Below, in pieces: positions 1 to 14,167 of a stretch of DNA of 64,000 nt. The stretch's first letter is position 1. Each line of letters begins with the position of its first letter. The DNA is taken from contig JAQFVV010000001.1 of NCBI GenBank assembly GCA_028023455.1, positions 23,188,001 through 23,252,000 of the forward strand. The letters are read 5' to 3'. The notes below the pieces were generated by a model. The model made no database searches, was not told the DNA's origin, and worked only from the letters and a program-made list of their open reading frames with translations. The stretch is from Epiperipatus broadwayi (Eukaryota; Animalia; Onychophora). The position numbers and the translations under genes were made by a program.

Positions 1-544
1 TATGAAAGAGTGGTGATAGTTAGTGGCTAATCTCATTAATGGCACACATATATATAGATGAGTTTTATCATTTTTAAAATCACGTAAAAAGGTTTTGATT
101 TTTTTTTTTGTCATTGTGGCGATCTCGGGAATTAATTAGCCAAATGTTTTTTTTTATTTTTAGAAACAGATGGTACTAATTTTTGTCTTACTGTCTTGTT
201 CTATCTAAACAAATTGTTGTTATTTTAAACATTTGGACATTGTTAAATTAGTTTTAATTAAAGAAGAAAAGGAAAGAAGCAAGGGAATGTGGAATGTACT
301 GTATAAATCAAATACTTTTGCTTTCTTTTGTCTGATCTCTAATTAAAGAAGGGAAAGTGAATTTCAAAGTTAAAGATAAGAAAAATAAAGAAAAATTGGT
401 ATGGCTAAGTAGTTCTTTTGTTGTGTTTTCTTTTTTAAAAAAAAATGAGAAGGCAATACGTTTTTATCAATCGGTAAACGACATTGCAAGAACAAAAAAA
501 AATTAATAAACTCACAGTGAAAAAAAAGAGAAGGACATGAAACA

Positions 545-908
545 AACTGTCATCACGGCCCTCTCATTGCTGTATAAAGAATTTTAAACTGAAATTAGAA
601 CTTTGGAAGAAAAACTTCATGGATCACATGGGGTGATAGAGTTCTAATCATGCCGGAGTTCATATTTATGCCCCAGCTTTCTCTACTATCTGTGCCAAGA
701 AGGCCCATTTTGACATCCGCTGGCCCAAGTCATACCATCATCAATCATTAATCTGATAACTGGATAGTGTATTATGTTTGCCATCCTTGGAAATCGTGAG
801 AAAGAAAGCAGAGAAAATGTCATCCAAAGATGGACTCAATAACTGGAATACACGAGAAAAGATGGACGCTAAGCCTTGCAGATGCCAGATTCCGAGATCG
901 TAAGGTAT
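545..908 (+). mobile_element. Probable degenerate RTE-clade LINE 3' RT-tail fragment (left half of a possibly split unit)
   Basis: With frameshifts it reads ITWGDRV, CPS..L.QRR, IRW..SH, AILG...QRW and LSLADA..RDRK. These resemble RTE motifs GITWQDKVPN, RRLRWLGHV and RW.D...A.DR..W. A GC/CpG-richer island that ends abruptly at AGGTAT (903-908). Confidence 0.35.
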
Positions 909-3419
909 CTGTATCTTATTTCTTTCATAAATTCCAGTAAATATAAAGCTGTATAAATCTTAATTCATAAACTATAACTAAATCCAGCCATATGGCAATA
1001 TTTATATAATTTTTTTTGTTTTGTGTATATGTATATTTCTTTTATCTTTAATTAATAAGAATCATAATGTTTTGTCTTATATATGATTTATGTTTCGTTA
1101 TTCTAATGGTGAATAATAATCATTTCTCAAATTAAAATCTTTTTTTTTTTTTTTTGCTTAGTTTCAATCTCATGTTCTGCCTTACTTATTTACATTATCA
1201 TTAGGTTAAGAAATATATTGTGTATATGTCGGCATATGTCCAATGAATAATCGAGTTTAACCAAGTTAGATATACAGGTGTGGGAAAGGGTAATTGTCTC
1301 AATTTTGACTATATTGGGGAAATGAATTAGATGAATAGTTATTAGAGAAAAGGGAAGAAAAGAGTGCTTGTATAAAGTTTGGATTACTTACTGCATCTTT
1401 GGCTTATTTGCTACCACTCCTGAGCACAAGCTAGTTCAAGTTGGCATAAATCGATATTGCAGACTGCAGATCAATTCCAACCAATAATATGAACATTGGG
1501 TTATTACATTATATATTATTCACAAAAGTAGACTCATAAAAATACAAACAGATACATTATAATGAGTATTAATGGATTGAGAGGCATTTGCCAAATACAA
1601 AAATATACACAGACTACACTTTCCACAGCACATTATTGAAAGATTAATTGTTAAAAAATCAGGTTAAATTTTGAATGATATGTTAATTAATACATGCAAT
1701 TCAGCTGTACATGACAAGAAACTTTCAATTCTCTGTAAAAAATTTATTTTTATTAGTTTAAAAATTGAAATAAATAATGTAAAAATTGAAAGAAATATAT
1801 TTAACTTTCTAATATCAAATTATTATTCCTTTACTAAACATTAATAAAAGGAAAACCATATGATTAATTTTCTAATCACAATACATTTTTATGAAGAAAT
1901 TAAACAAATTTTTTAAATTATAAAATTTTTCTAACTACATATTCCAGAAATAATGAAATTGTGAATTTATGATAAAGTTTATTTTTAATAATAAAAAAAA
2001 GATGAAATATAGTGGCTATTTTTAACAAGTCTCTGTTGATTTAGTTTACATCAAAAAAAGGAAAACTGATGTCACTTTTAATATTATAAAAAAATTAAAT
2101 CAATTTTTAAGCTATACAAATTTACCAACTCTGCATAGTCCAAAAACATAGAAATTGTGATTCTATGCTAAAGTTTCTTTTCAATTATAAAGTGATACAT
2201 TTTGTAATGCAATGGCTCTTAATATCAAAGAGCTTAATTATTATTTTCAGCCAAGATTAAAAGAAAAATATATGGCCAGCATTTAATACCCATAATATAT
2301 TTTTATTTAAAAAAAAATTAAACTTACCCTTAAATTATGTGAAAATGGCAATTATCTAATATATATTAATTTCCAAAAACAAAACAAAAAATACTGATTC
2401 TATAATAAAAGTCTGTTTTTAATAATAAAAGAAATTTAAATTTTGTTTATCAGCAACTTCTTATGTTGCATTGCTAAAGTATTAGTTTAATCAAAATTTT
2501 CAAAAATTAAAGTTAATCATAAGATGTTTGAAAATCTTAATTTTCAAAAAAAAAATCAGAATGTATTTACAATTTTAATTTTTGCATAGTATTATATGAG
2601 CCATTTAATGTAATATAATGTGATATGTATTTATTCACAGCTCTTAATAGATAAATCAGAACATTTGCAAGTTTATATTAAAAGTTCATTTCCCCCCCAA
2701 AAAAAGTTGACAGTTTTTATTTTGTTTAACTTTTTGCCTGGCGAAGCAGCCATATTGAATATTAAAAAAATTATGTTAAGCCACAAATTTTATTATAACT
2801 TTGTATTATTCAGAAATGAACAATATATATTACACAGAACGCCAAAAAATTTAATTAAGCTGAAAAAATATAGTCATTGATATTCAAAGTAATAAAAAAC
2901 AATAAAAATTAATATTTCTAATAATTTCCATATTATTTTATAAATTTAAAATTGTCATGCATGCAGCTTAAAATTATATTTTTGTTAATAGGTTAGTTGG
3001 ATTTATCATAAAATTTTAAAAAAAAATTAGTATACCTTTCATTTTTTCTAGTAGCCCTTCAAAACGTACAGGGGTTTGCAATAAATATGTCATCCCTAAT
3101 AACAAGTAGTTAATATTGATCAATAATTAGTATAATTTGAATATTATAATAAAGTACTTTGGTACTAGTCTATTAGCAGCCGTACATCATTTGATGGCAG
3201 TTTCTGTGCAAAAACATTGAAATATGCCATTTATGCGGCTGAAACTATGGCTACTACAACACTACCTTCATAATAGCCATTTTAGGACATGTGATGGCAT
3301 TCTCCATGCAAAAGCACAGAAATCATGCCTAGCTATGTGTGGCCATGCTTTATGTGAATGTTCAGTAATAATAGTTTGCTACCGTTTGATATGAGGGTGT
3401 CTGTTGCTCAATGTCACAC

Positions 3420-3700
3420 AAGTGTTGAAATCTCTTCAAAATCATTGTCTTGCCCACCAACTGGAGTAGTATTGTATAGTGATAATTATTATCCTGTCAG
3501 CGTGCTTCCCTATGCATCTTGGAAATTGCTATAAATTGTGAAACTTTTTTCAGAGCGCGATGTGGTGGATTCACGACAAATTTCACATTCTCAACGAGAT
3601 GGATGTACACAGCCAGTAGTTTTAAAAGACATTTTTGTTCCTATGCAGTGTTATTCTTTTGTATTTGGTTCCACTTACAAGTGCGATTTTTTTTTTTGGG
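3420..3700 (-). pseudogene. Merlin-like transposase N-terminal remnant
   Basis: Minus strand with frameshifts: NYWLC...CEICRESTTSRSEKSF, then PVGGQDNDFEE. This resembles the IS1595/Merlin Zn-ribbon W.C..C....SIR..SFF and IGG.G..VEIDE. Several stops. Confidence 0.4.
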
Positions 3701-3930
3701 GGGGGGGTTGTGTTTGGAAATAAAACTGTTGTTATTGATGCTTATTGTTGTGAGTTGTTTTTGAAACCCAATCAATCCAAAGATGCTTTTTTGGCACTTG
3801 TATTACAGATTTAAAAACCAAGTTGGCTGATAAAATACAAAAACATCGATCGGCTAATGAATTTTTTGATTTGGGTTTGGGTTTTTTTTTTTTTTTTGCA
3901 ATTTTGTTTAACCATTTAATTTATTATTAC

Positions 3931-4575
3931 AAGAATAATGTCAATTTGGAAATAAAAAAGAAGAGTGTTTGGCTTTTGTTTTTCACTTTTCATCGGCGAT
4001 GTAAAAAACAAAGGCGGCTGATTACTGTTTTTATGAAGTGTTTTGGGTTTTCGAAATTGGTTTAAACATTGAATTTAGTATTCGAAGAATAATGTAAATT
4101 AGCCAATCCAAAGAAAACTGTTAGATTTTTGAGTTTGATTTCTTTTTTAATGAAGTGTTTTGGGTTGTTTTGTTGTTGTTTTGTGTTTTGGGAATTCTTG
4201 TTTAAACATTGAATTTCCTATAGAAGAATAATGTCAATTTGGAAATCCAAAGAAAACTTTTGTTTTGGGGTTCATGACTTTTTCCATGAAGTGTTTGGAG
4301 TTGTTTTTTAGTTTTGTTTCAACGTTTTAATTTACTATTAAAAGAATAACATAAATTTGGAAATAAAAAGAAATTTTTTTTTTGGGGGGGGGGGTGATTC
4401 CTTTTCTAATGAAGTGTTTCAGGTTGTTTTTTTTTTTAAATTTTGGTGAAAATGTTTAATTTTCTATTAGAAGAATAGCATAAATTTGGAAATAAAAAGA
4501 CAATTTTTTTTGTTGGGTTTTTTTTACATCTGATTAAACATTTAATTTAGTATTATAAGAATAATGTTATTCTTG
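3931..4575. repeat. Degenerate ~90-150 bp tandem repeat (about 6 units) inside the Merlin-like element
   Basis: The core aagaataatgtcaatttggaaataaaaaga recurs at ~3931, 4085, 4223, 4341, 4471 and 4557. Confidence 0.8.
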
Positions 4576-7149
4576 TACTAGTAAATTAAACATTTTAACA
4601 AAATTCCCAAAAAAAAAAAACCTTTTTTTAATTTAGAATACTTACAATAACATAAATTTTCAATAGTCAAAAAAAAAGGCAGGCCTGGAAACTTTATATT
4701 AATATATTTTTGAAGAGGAACAGTACCATCAAGCGATGTACGGTTGCTAATAGACCAGTACCATAACTTCAATACAGTTTGTAATTAATTAAAAAATATT
4801 ACTAAGCTAGTCACTATATACAAAATAAAATAATAAAATAAAAAGTAAATGAAATACTAAATTCATTATAGAGTGAAGCTTGAGGTACATAAGTTAGTAG
4901 TTTAGAGTTAATGTGATGTAGTATTATTTATCTTTATAGGTTTTGAGGGCTCATTGCTTCATGCTACTATAACTATAAATTTAGTAATAGGTTCATCAAC
5001 TGCCACCTCTCTTTGCATTTGATATGCAGCTTTGAAATTTACATTGTGGTAGTATATAATCGGCCTAAGTTTATATATACTGTCAAAATCTTTACTTTTA
5101 GCATGTGCATGTTTTTATTATTAAAATGCAGACAAGTCATTGTAGAAAAATCTAAACCGGGTCATAATATTTGCAAAATATGTTTATCTTTATCTCATAT
5201 CACCTAATTCAATTACTGGACCCAAACCCACATCATATCAAAAAATGCAGATAATTCGCGATATAAATTTACACAATCACAAGTTATTATATTGGTTTCA
5301 ATATTAATTTTTTCGTATATTTTTTTATCAAATATAAATTCAAATCAAAAAATATAAAAAAATAATTACCATCGAGCGCTTATAACTTTGTCTTCTAAAT
5401 ACATTGGTCAAAAGTTGTATTTTTTCTGATGTAATTTTAACGACGAATATTCTTCCATCAACTAGCAAAAAAATGAAAGACAAAAATTCAATTTACTTCA
5501 TCAAAAAAATTATAAAATTTTTAATTTTTATCATAGAAAATAAAATGTAGCTTTTCAGACAATAGAAAGATGGAAATGAAAGTATGAAATGTGCATATGT
5601 AGACCATGTAGTTTTCCACAATTCTAAACAAGCCGGATATTGCAAATTCAAAAATTCTAGAACGCTTCCTTCATCCGTAATAATGAATTAGTTAAAAGTC
5701 ATATTAGTTTATTCATTATTCTCAAAGTTATATAAAATGAAAATATTCAAAATTCTATGCTGAACAGTTATCTTCAAAATGTAAACAGAAAACTGCTCAT
5801 TTTGACCATCTCACTAGTTTTTAAAAATAGCATACAAAGGTTAAACTTTTATTATGAATTTTTTTATCATTTAGTAATACAGCATTTCAGATAAATTTAA
5901 GTAGATTTATTTTTTACTTAATTATTTTTTAAAAACTATATGGGTATTTACTAATAAATTAAGTTTTAAAGATTTCTGTTTTTATCATAACTTTTATATT
6001 TACAAAAATGGTGCAACTTTTTTTTCATAACCATGTAAATATAAGTAATGAATTAAAATTTATTTATTTTAGTGTTTATTTTTGAGGAATATTTGCTAGT
6101 AAATTACATTTAAATTATATGAATACTATTACATTTAATTCTTCACCAGAGTAACGTTTGCATTGTTCTCACTGATGACACTTTTATTAATCATTCAACA
6201 TTTGATTTTTGTAGTAAACTAGTATTCTATATTAGAGTTCAAGAAATTGGCTTTGATTTGTTAGAAATATAAATTTACAAATGAAAAACATTCTAAAGAA
6301 ATTATATTTGAACTTTGCAAATAATAAAAAAATGATAATAAAGTGAATTCACAATGAGAACAATGGAGTTTTTTATCATTGAATGGTGTGAAGGAAAGCA
6401 GCCAAGTAATAAGTCACTCATTAAGAAATGTTTATTGATTGAAATTTGAATTTAAGATGAGAATGGATAAATGTGAAACTTTAATAAATGTATAGAATTT
6501 TGCTTTAAAATTTAAAATTGCCTTTATAATTTTTAGAATATCTTAAAGTATTCTATCACAGTAGTTAGTAAAGGCTTTAGAATGTGTGATCATACTGGCA
6601 TAGTTTTCTTTATTAATCTTGTGCTAGAATTTGTTAATTTCTGTTTTTAAAAATAAAACATACAAGTATACAATAAGAATATAATCATGACTCTTTAATA
6701 AACTATACAAGAAATCACTTGTTGTTTTTTTGCTAGTCCAAAAATCTTCCAAAGTAATTTTGCAAATAGTCTTAAAACTGGAGAATAATAAATTTGAGTC
6801 ATCAAACACATAGTATGTAAACTAAATTACTTTGATCTTACTGATTATTGGAAAGTACTGGCCTCTTCACATTTTTGCTGTTTTTTAAAAAAAAACTAAC
6901 AAAATATCACTACAGACTGTCATAGAAGCAATAATGTTGAGGGAATATTAACCCTTTCAAAACCAGGTGGCCATTGTTAATTTTTAGAAAAATTTACCTT
7001 AACTCTAATAACTTAGATATTTTGTGTTTGAATGTAATAAATATAAAAAAAACATGCATTAAAAAAAAGGTCATATATGAAAGAATGTAATGAAGCTGTT
7101 AAAATAATCATTTTATAAAGAAAAAGAATATTTTTAATAGTTTTAAGAA

Positions 7150-7400
7150 TGTTTATTTTTACACTGATCCACAAATCCTAAATTTTGAAATTCAAATAAT
7201 AAAATGACAATTTCATAAACAGCTTCATCACATCCGTCACAAAATTTCCAAAAAAATGATGTATTGGAAGTCTTACCTGAGGTAATTTTTCACTGAGAAA
7301 ATTATTAAAACAGCGGCCTTGCGGTGGTCCTTTTTTATTCTACAGCCAGATGTGTCCATTTGTTCAAAAGTACCTATAACAATATGAATGGTTTTTAGTG
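7150..7400 (-). mobile_element. Degenerate non-LTR retrotransposon RT fragment (CR1/L2/Jockey-like)
   Basis: Minus strand reads KKGPPQG..(G)PLF.I and KFCDGC, resembling GVPQGSVLGPLLF and FADD. Confidence 0.35.
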
Positions 7401-7523
7401 GAGAAAAAAGTAACAGAACAGTGTATTTAAAAATAAATAAATAAACTCATAAAAAATAAAATGAATAAAAATATATCAATAAAGATAATTTTTTATTATT
7501 ATTAACAACGATTACATGTGTGG

Positions 7524-7885
7524 AAGAAAGGCTGAGTTTAAATACATGGCACTATAGCAGAGTGGATGGATTGATGAAGCCAGAAACTGTGTATAAAATA
7601 TTCTATATTACATGAAATTCCAGTTGTGTGACATAAACTTGTATATAAATATATTTATTATTTTGCATAAAAGTGAATGGATAGATTGATGAAGCCAGAA
7701 AGTGTGTATAAAATATACTATATTACATGAAATTCCAGTTGTGTAGCTTGAACTTGTATATAAATATATTTATTATTTTGCATAAAAGATATGAAGAAAG
7801 GCCGAGTTCAAATACATGGCACTGTAACAATAAGTGGATGGATTGAGGAAGCCAGAAAATCTATACAATATCCTATATTACTTGC
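7524..7885. repeat. ~115-150 bp tandem repeat, about 2.5-3 copies
   Basis: gatggattgatgaagccagaaa(c/g)tgtgtataaaatat...catgaaattccagttgtgt...gcataaaa is repeated. gaagaaagg(c)(t/c)gagtt(t/c)aaatacatggcact occurs at ~7524 and ~7794. Confidence 0.85.
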
Positions 7886-7889
7886 CTAA

Positions 7890-8527
7890 AATTGACACAA
7901 ATCAATTGCGGGTCATAACTTTAGCAAGTCCGGGCTGATGCAATAATTTGTCCATAAATTCAAACTTGGTCACGCGTGATACACTATTCATATTTATAAT
8001 CATGCCGAAAAATGCATCAGCTCAAGCGGTGACAGATTACCCCAGTCCCCAATTTTTCCCCGTTCTACAGCATATTTATTTGAAAATATAATTTATTATT
8101 CTATAGCATATTTATTTGTTTCAGTACATAGAAAATATTATAATTTATAAAATATATATATATAAAAAAGTAATTACATACCCTTGAATGTTATCCAGAA
8201 ACGTAACTTGAGAAGAGGGCCCAGAATCGCGGACAACTTCAACGGAAAATCAGAATAAAATCTTCAATAATTGATCCAACCATTGTGGAATAACTTTTTT
8301 ACGATATATAAACTGATAAAAATAAAAAAAATTTTAGGTATCCTTCGCTAAAAATATTCATAAAAAATCTAAAAATTGTCGTACAGAAAAAATTCTTACA
8401 TTTTCATGTAGATAACAAAATGGTGCAAAGAATGACATAAAGGCCCGTATGTGTGACGTTTACCGTTTATGCGTAAACTCAGATCAAAATAGAAATTTCT
8501 AGAAAAGACGTACTGGGGGTCAAAGGG
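7890..8527. mobile_element. CpG-retaining MITE-like fragments; the right end resembles a piggyBac terminus
   Basis: cataacttt...cttggtcacgcgtgatac motifs typical of MITE interiors. Ends gtactgggggtcaaaggg without an intact TTAA. Confidence 0.3.
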
Positions 8528-9836
8528 ACAATATCATCTTTAACCAAGAAACTTCATCTTGCTTAATTAATTTGTTAATTTTTATTTTTTATTTATTTTA
8601 CTGATGTACTATAATATAAGTTTGTATTTGAATGAATTTATACTTTTCCAAAATTTTTCTGAATTAAATTCAACTCTGAATCAAAATTTCCGATTAATGG
8701 TAGTCTTTCTTGCTAAATTAATCAAATATATATCATAATTTTACGGTACCATCTAACAATGTATTTTGTGTTATATTGAGAGCTTTAGTGGAAGATCAAT
8801 AAATTTTGAATTGTGGCTATTTGCTTCATTTAAAGAAAATTCTAATAATTTTAAGAACTTACAAATAAATTATGGCTTATCAAATAAGTAATACTGATAA
8901 CATAAACCTATTCATGGAATAACTAAGTTTGAAAACAATATTATGATTATTCACAAGTCAGATTTTCAAATAATTATTTAAATAAACTTGCAAATAATAC
9001 CCACTTTCTTATATCATTATATTCTTCAAGTCAATACAAGACTTTCTAATAATTTATGCAAAAAAGTGGATGTTTTTTTTGTAAGTTTATTTAAATGATT
9101 TTTTGAGAATTTGACTTGAAAATTATCATAGTAATGTTTTTGAACTTAGCATTTCATAGATAGATTTAAATAAAGCATGTATTATTTTTTATTGGTAGTG
9201 ATTATTTATCTATCTGATCAATGAATGCACTATTGATATCAATTAGAAGAGATTGCTTTTTAAGTTAGCTTCTAATAAAGCCTTTTACTTTATAATCAAT
9301 ATTTCAGAAGCAAAATACAAAAGAGTTCTCATCAAAAAAATTTTATTGAATAGAAAATTAAGACAATCTAATATTTTTTCAGTTTTTAATTTGTTTGTTG
9401 GTTTTTTTTTTTGGGAAAAAAATCACATCAGGTATTTATTGAAATTAGTTAATAGAGATTTAAAAAATAAAATAATCTATAAGTACAACTAAAGCGAATA
9501 TTCTTAGTAAATTATATAAATAATAATACTTATAATAAAACATGAAAATTATAATAGTAGCAGCAATAATTTTTCTTTTGTTTTTAATTTAACTAATTAT
9601 TGTGTAATTCAAATTGCTGTTTAATTCAGATTTATTTCCTATTTCTTTATGCATTATTGTTGCATTGTATATATAATTATTGATTATAAGTAAATGTAAT
9701 ATAAACTCATTAAGTTTGGCTGTTTGTTTCAGAATTATTTATTTCTCATTAAATAAGTTATAACTAGCATTTATTTAAATATATATTTGATCAAATGTTA
9801 TTGTTTAATTGTGTGTGTGTAAATTATTGTCTATTA

Positions 9837-10847
9837 CAGGGGTGTGGAACCTCAGACTCTTGGGCCAAAGAAGGTCCTCATAATCTTTCAATCTGGTCCT
9901 TGGGCATTTTTAAAAATATATGGCCCTGTATAAAACTTTTGTTTAAATGTTCACAGAGCAAATAATGAATTAAGAGTTAAGTAAAATAAAACATTTTTTT
10001 TTTCTCTAACCTTTATAATAGTTTTAGTTTGTACAGTCAGAGGTGCAATATTCCAAAAAATGATCTATATTGTGTGGTCTATCTGACTACAGATTTAATC
10101 TGAGAGCACTTTGTTTGTTTTTATAGTGATTTTCACAGACAAATGTATGCTAGCAAAAATAAAACTCAAATTTTATTCCATTTTATTATTATTTTATTAA
10201 GATGCCTACACTGAGTAAAATAAGAAAAACTGATACATAAAATCATGCATTTCAAAAGAAATGGACCATTGCATATATTTTTTATAGAAGGAAATAGTAA
10301 ATCAATGTGCCTGATATGTCTGGAAAGTATTTCAATTAATAAAGAACACAATAGTAAAAGGCACTATTTATCAAAACATTTTGATTACAAGAATGTTGGG
10401 GAAGAAAGAAATATTAAAATAGAAACGTTGAAAAAGAGCTTCATCAAGTGACTGACATGTTTTACAAAAAGTGCAAACAAGTCAGGAAATTCTGTGAAAG
10501 CAAGTTACATTATTTTTATTTTTTTCAAAAAGAAAAGCAGAAAATTCAAAATTATTTTCTGAAGGGGAATTAAGAATATAAATATGTCAAAAATTACAAA
10601 ATGAATTTAAAAATTGTCATTAAATATGAAACATTCATTAATAATAATGATGTTAATTTATTTGAATTCACAAAAAAATATATATATGGCCTTCATTTAA
10701 AAAGAGAAAGTTGAAATTAACCTTCCATTTGCAAAAGTCCTAATAATTAGGGATAAATTAATTAAATTTTTGATCAAATATAGCAGGTTGATTTTTAAGC
10801 TTATTATTTTGTATGACCCTTGACAGAAAAAAGGTTCCCCACCTCTG
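9837..10847 (+). mobile_element. hAT (Charlie/SPIN/Buster group) deletion derivative
   Basis: TIRs caggggtgtggaacct and aggttccccacctctg. 8-bp TSD gtctatta/gtctacta (7/8). Confidence 0.9.
10245..10520 (+). pseudogene. hAT transposase N-terminal zinc-finger remnant (SPIN/GTF2IRD2-like)
   Basis: ORF 10245-10451 contains FFIEGNSKSMCLICLESISINKEHNSKRHYLSKH. After a frameshift it continues FTKSANKSGNSVKASYII. Confidence 0.85.
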
Positions 10848-13800
10848 GTCTACTACATTATATTATTAATAAAATGACTTTCCTTAATAATATTTATAAA
10901 TTGTTTTTTTTTTTTAGGTATATGCTTATTCTGGACAAAGATTTAATACAATGAGTGTGATTTATTTTTTATTATTATTATTAACCTAGGCTTTGGGTTA
11001 ATTGTTATATTAATGATTTTTTTTAATCTTGTGAAGTATCATTAAAAATATTACAAAGTTATGTTGTATTTTATCTCTTATCAAGTTGCATATATTAATA
11101 GAGATGTTTAATTTTTAAAACAAAAAATTTAATTGCTTGAAACAGTATTATGTAAATTGCTCATTTGCAATTTTGTCACGGATTAAAAAGAAAAATTATT
11201 TTTTTTATATATGTTTGAAATTTTTAAAGAATAAAAATTTGCTGTCTCATTTTATTTTCTAAACAATTGGGAAAAAATGATTTTTTCCCTCGTTGAGTTA
11301 CTTTCAAAATTTGTAAAAGTAAAATGGAAACAGTATGAACTGTTTTTTCTTCCTAATACTTCAATTTTAATGTTGTTTTATATATGCAATGCCTTTTTCT
11401 AAAGATACATATAGACACACATATATACATATACTTACAGATTGTATTTTCATGGAAAAGGGTAAATGCAAATGTAGTAAAACTTAATAGAATTTAATGC
11501 ATATTGTCATCTTTAACTCATCTTAGTGTTTTTGATGTTGAAATTTTGTTTCATTTCAAAAGAATATGTATATCTACATATATGCGTGTTTGTATATTTA
11601 GATATATCTAATATATCTTCATACATATTAACATGTATGTGAAAACTTTTTTTGCCTTTGATTATTATAATTAAGTTTTTGAAAATAAAGAAAAAAATCT
11701 TCAGAAATATATTGATTTATCTTTTGGAAGTATTTTATGTTATTTGTGATAATAAAATATTGTAAACATTTAGATAGTCTTTGTATATTATTTTTTAAAT
11801 ATTCATCATTTCTCTCACATCATTTACAAACCCAAATGAAAATATATCATTTACATTATTAGTTCTTATTTGCTTTTATGTATATAATGTTTTAGTAAAG
11901 AGCTGAAGCAAATCAACTGTATTTATCCTGCACTAATTTTCTAAATTTTTAAAATCGATTGCAATTTAACATAGTAAAATATTTAAAATCTCTTAAAAAT
12001 CAATTTTTCTTTTTTATGTTTGTTACAGTTATTTTTTTTTTTTAACAAAATCTTTATTTCTTATTAATTTGCAATTACATAAACATATTTTTAAATTATT
12101 ATTACCATGAACACATTAACTTTTATTAGCGTTAATAAATTAAGTTAATTAGTTTCTTAGTACTTTCAATTTCAGAAGGCATAAAAATACTTTTGAATTT
12201 TAGTATATGAAAAAGAAAATTAAATTTATTAATGATATGATGATTTTTTAAAAATTTATGATGACCAACTTTAAATATTTCAATAACCTTTTCTAAATAA
12301 AGTAGGTAAATAAAGTAAAACATTTAAATAGTTTACTACAGGACAAAAAAAATTTCCAATTACTCCTCATAATAAAAAGTTGAAGGAGAAGACACTAGGT
12401 TTATTAGATGGCACATATTAAGAATTTGAACAATTCTTATTTTGCAGTAGCTAAGGATATTTGCATATTCATTTATTGGTGAATGTTAGATAATTTATTG
12501 GTGAATGTTAGATAATATATTAGTTGTCTATGGGCAAATTTTAAGCCTGATTAGAACTTTTAAAAAAATTTTAAGTTTTATCTAGCACTAATTCAAACTC
12601 CAACTTATACACAGCAATCAGAGGGCACATATATTAAAAATTTATTTGCAAGGGAGATATATGTGTTTATATAAGAACAAGTTACAAATGGATTGAATAA
12701 TAATATATTTTTATAATTACTACATATAAAGAAATTTTTAAAACAAAATGTTTAGGCCTTTATAATTAGCATATTTGGAAAAAGATATTTGTAGCTATTT
12801 CATATTTTTAAAGATCTGATTGATTTAATCATATACATATTTCCCTCCTATTTAATCTAATTCTAATTTACTATATAATGCACATGATATATACAATAAT
12901 AATCCTAGTACTATTTGTTTGAAGGTGGTCAGGAGATACTTCAAGTTTATATCTTGGATTTCTCAAATATTTGTTTAAGATCATTAAAATATACACATTC
13001 CTGACAAAAAAAATGGACCATTGCAAAAAATCACAAATATGGATTAATTGAGTGAGAAAAACTTGACAAGATAGATTCATGCAATATGTTTAAATAAATT
13101 TAATTTAAATTTTATTAAGTTTTGAAGGAACTTTATAATATTTAAAAGGGAGGGTCAAGTTTGTGTATATAAGGAGATATTTTATTGTTTTCATTTTTTA
13201 AAAAAATAGCTTTACTGAAGATGATAATTTAAGACCATCCCTTAGATTATTATTGTTTTTACTAAGATCTTGGTTTTGGAATGCCAAGGAATTTAGATTA
13301 ACATTTAATTTTATTATTTTGTATGAAAATATAAAAGTTTTGTTTTAATATATAAAATATAGAGATTGGGACATACTAAACCTTATTAAAGTTCAAAATG
13401 TTCAGAAATTCACCATAAATATTTGTCTTGCTATAAAGTTTTATTGATAATCACTAATGATTGTTGAAGCTAATAAGAAGTGTGATATTTTTAAACTTGA
13501 TTATTTTAAATAAATGAAAATGATTATATCTTAAATTATTAGTATCAATTTTGTCAAATGACTAATATCTGACAAAGAATTATCTTCCTCTGGGGGGGGG
13601 GGGGATCAATAATTAATTCTTAAAATAATTCTTTTGGTTCTCAATATATAAAAACATTAACTAAGACAGTTTATGAAAATGTGTAAAATTTTTGACAGAA
13701 TTTTATAAACCGAGATCATTCCAGATTTGAATTGTTATATGAAAAAGCAATCATAGCTTGAAAATCATCAAGAATAGTCTTTAGTGTGAGTTTTTAAACA

Positions 13801-14167
13801 TGATTTACTTGCGTATGCAACAGTTGGGATCATCCACTGTAAATGTGGAATGAGATATATAAGCCTTTTTGTATCTTATTCTATTTTTTCAATTACAGGA
13901 TTTATATTAATAGCAAAACCAGCCCTAGTCACTAGCTCAGAGAGTAGTAGAGGTTTAAAACATTTATTAAATATATTTCTTTTAATAAACAATAATAAAA
14001 ACAATTGCTAGCAGTATTAATAACACAAAAGATTTTATTTACGTATATATAAGTAATAACACACAAACTTAAAAAAAAAAAAATTATTATATAAAAAAAA
14101 TTATGTTTTATGTTTCATTATTATTATTTTATTTGTGTTTAATTTTTAATATTAGTGTGTTGAACAT

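Larger units (their letters stand above)
3161..4762 (-). mobile_element. Probable Merlin (IS1016-like) DNA transposon, internally deleted
   Basis: ~37-bp imperfect TIRs: ggtactagtctattagcagccgtacatcatttgatgg at 3161 and ccatcaagcgatgtacggttgctaatagaccagtacc ending at 4762. Termini GGTAC fit the Merlin GGNRM consensus. Flanks agtacttt/ataacttc match 5/8 (decayed 8-bp TSD?). Internal tandem repeats are present. Confidence 0.6.

Noticed and set aside
5155-6037. Tc1/mariner MITE
   Set aside because: The right end looks Tc1-like, but the left TIR match is too poor to define an element.
7278-7375. Minus-strand exon (atag|GTACT...CAG|gtaaga)
   Set aside because: Better explained as part of the LINE RT remnant; there are no partner exons.
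7524-7885. Hammerhead-like TGATGAAGCCAGAAAC in the tandem repeat
   Set aside because: The C of CUGA is missing and no stem I or stem II pairing can be drawn.
6948-8527. piggyBac element from ttaaccctttc (6948) to caaaggg (8527)
   Set aside because: TIR match is weak, the right TTAA is absent, and the interior is a mix of unrelated fragments.
10918-10960. Internal exons after the strong acceptors at 10917 and 13899
   Set aside because: No convincing donor sites and no coherent spliced protein; T-tract-AG is common in this DNA.
909-14167. Maverick/Polinton as the 13-kb insert (6-bp TSD, large size)
   Set aside because: No TIRs, no AG...CT termini, and no polymerase, integrase or capsid remnants.
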